Source of the DNA: a virus
Taxonomy: Duplodnaviria > Caudoviricetes
Strand: one strand, 5' to 3'
IMG/VR virus record: IMGVR_UViG_3300037692_000114
Coordinates: 1-44,603 of that record
Length of the DNA: 44,603 nucleotides
Shown: positions 43,964-44,603 of the stretch, piece after piece
Numbering within the stretch: position 1 is the first letter of the stretch
Layout of the letters: every line of letters begins with the position of its first letter
The notes under the pieces: model-generated
Databases searched by the model: none
Told to the model about the DNA's origin: nothing
Seen by the model: only the letters and a program-made list of their open reading frames with translations
Translations under genes and position numbers: made by a program

Positions 43964-44495
43964 GTAGCGCCTCCTGAACGCGCGCTTCCTGCGCTTGGAC
44001 TACGATCTGAGTGGCCATCGCATGCAAGGTAGGATCGCCTTCCTTCAGAACCTCCAGCAACCTCTCCTTTTCGCGAATGTAGACCTTGGCGAAGTCCGGA
44101 TCTAACGCAAGTATGCTTCGGCTATTGTCGATCAGGTCCGCCAGCTTCACGGTCTTAGCCTTCGATGGCGCGTCCGCGGTGTGCTCGCGGTCCATTGCCT
44201 TCCGTACGGCACGGTTGCCGTCTTCTGGCTTGCTCGCGTCGGTCAACCACCCGACCAGCTCAGCGACCTCGGTACCGAACTCGTTTTGCACCTCGGCAAG
44301 CGTACACGGCGTATCCTCGACGACATCGTGAAGCCATGCCGCGGCCAGCATGATCTCGTCGTGTGGAACGCTAGCGACCAGTGCCGCCACCTCCGCAGGA
44401 TGATGAATATACGGCTCACCGGTGTACTTGCGCACCTGCCCGATACTGCCGTGCCATTTCGCTGCGAACTCGGCGGCCCGCTTTTCAAGATTCAT
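43956..44495 (-). CDS. HD-domain small alarmone hydrolase (SpoT/Mesh1-like)
   Basis: H...GQ.RKYTGEPYI.HP, AAWLHDVVEDT, FG.EVA.LV..LTD, VKLAD..DN. Confidence 0.9.
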   Translation of the reverse strand: MNLEKRAAEFAAKWHGSIGQVRKYTGEPYIHHPAEVAALVASVPHDEIMLAAAWLHDVVEDTPCTLAEVQNEFGTEVAELVGWLTDASKPEDGNRAVRKAMDREHTADAPSKAKTVKLADLIDNSRSILALDPDFAKVYIREKERLLEVLKEGDPTLHAMATQIVVQAQEARVQEALRG

Positions 44496-44603
44496 GCTCT
44501 GCTCCTACCTCAGGCGGGGATGGCATGGGCATCCAGTGCGATGGATTTGCGAGCCCAAGATTGCCGGGCACATCGTGAAAGCCTCGCGTTATCCACCCGC
44601 TAA

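Overview
This window is most of a P22-like (short-tailed) dsDNA phage or prophage genome, probably of a Gram-negative proteobacterium. Order on the + strand: end of a DEDD exonuclease; replication and 'nin'-like block (ParB-like protein, SF2 helicase, TOPRIM primase, HNH, PD-(D/E)xK nuclease, PnuC-like protein, Q/sigma4-like regulator); then a small minus-strand cassette. Next is an unusual 7.8 kb block ahead of the terminase: a secreted FN3 protein, a 1139-aa FN3/Ig/glycoside-hydrolase/beta-helix protein, a DUF4082-like protein, a repeat fibre, an adaptor and an RcGTA Rcc01079-like head-spike base. This is followed by a tRNA-like RNA with an oversized anticodon/variable region, TerS/TerL, a P22-type portal, a small-gene insert with an HslV-like protease, scaffold and P22-type coat. 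After the coat gene, two glycosyltransferases (one fused to a methyltransferase) are bracketed by two paralogous Thr-tract head-fibre-like genes. Then come gp4/gp10-like tail genes, a 2OG-Fe(II) oxygenase, three ejection proteins, two receptor-binding proteins, a minus-strand methyltransferase and the lysis genes. The window ends in a convergent minus-strand accessory arm (two Lar-like proteins, an RlaP-like nucleotidyltransferase, a small alarmone hydrolase). I saw no integrase, CI-type repressor, CRISPR array or reverse transcriptase. The best candidates for undescribed biology are a virion glycosylation cassette with its own Thr-rich acceptors, a multi-part enzyme-bearing head spike, and the tRNA-like RNA. 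All family calls come from motif recognition by eye, not from database searches.
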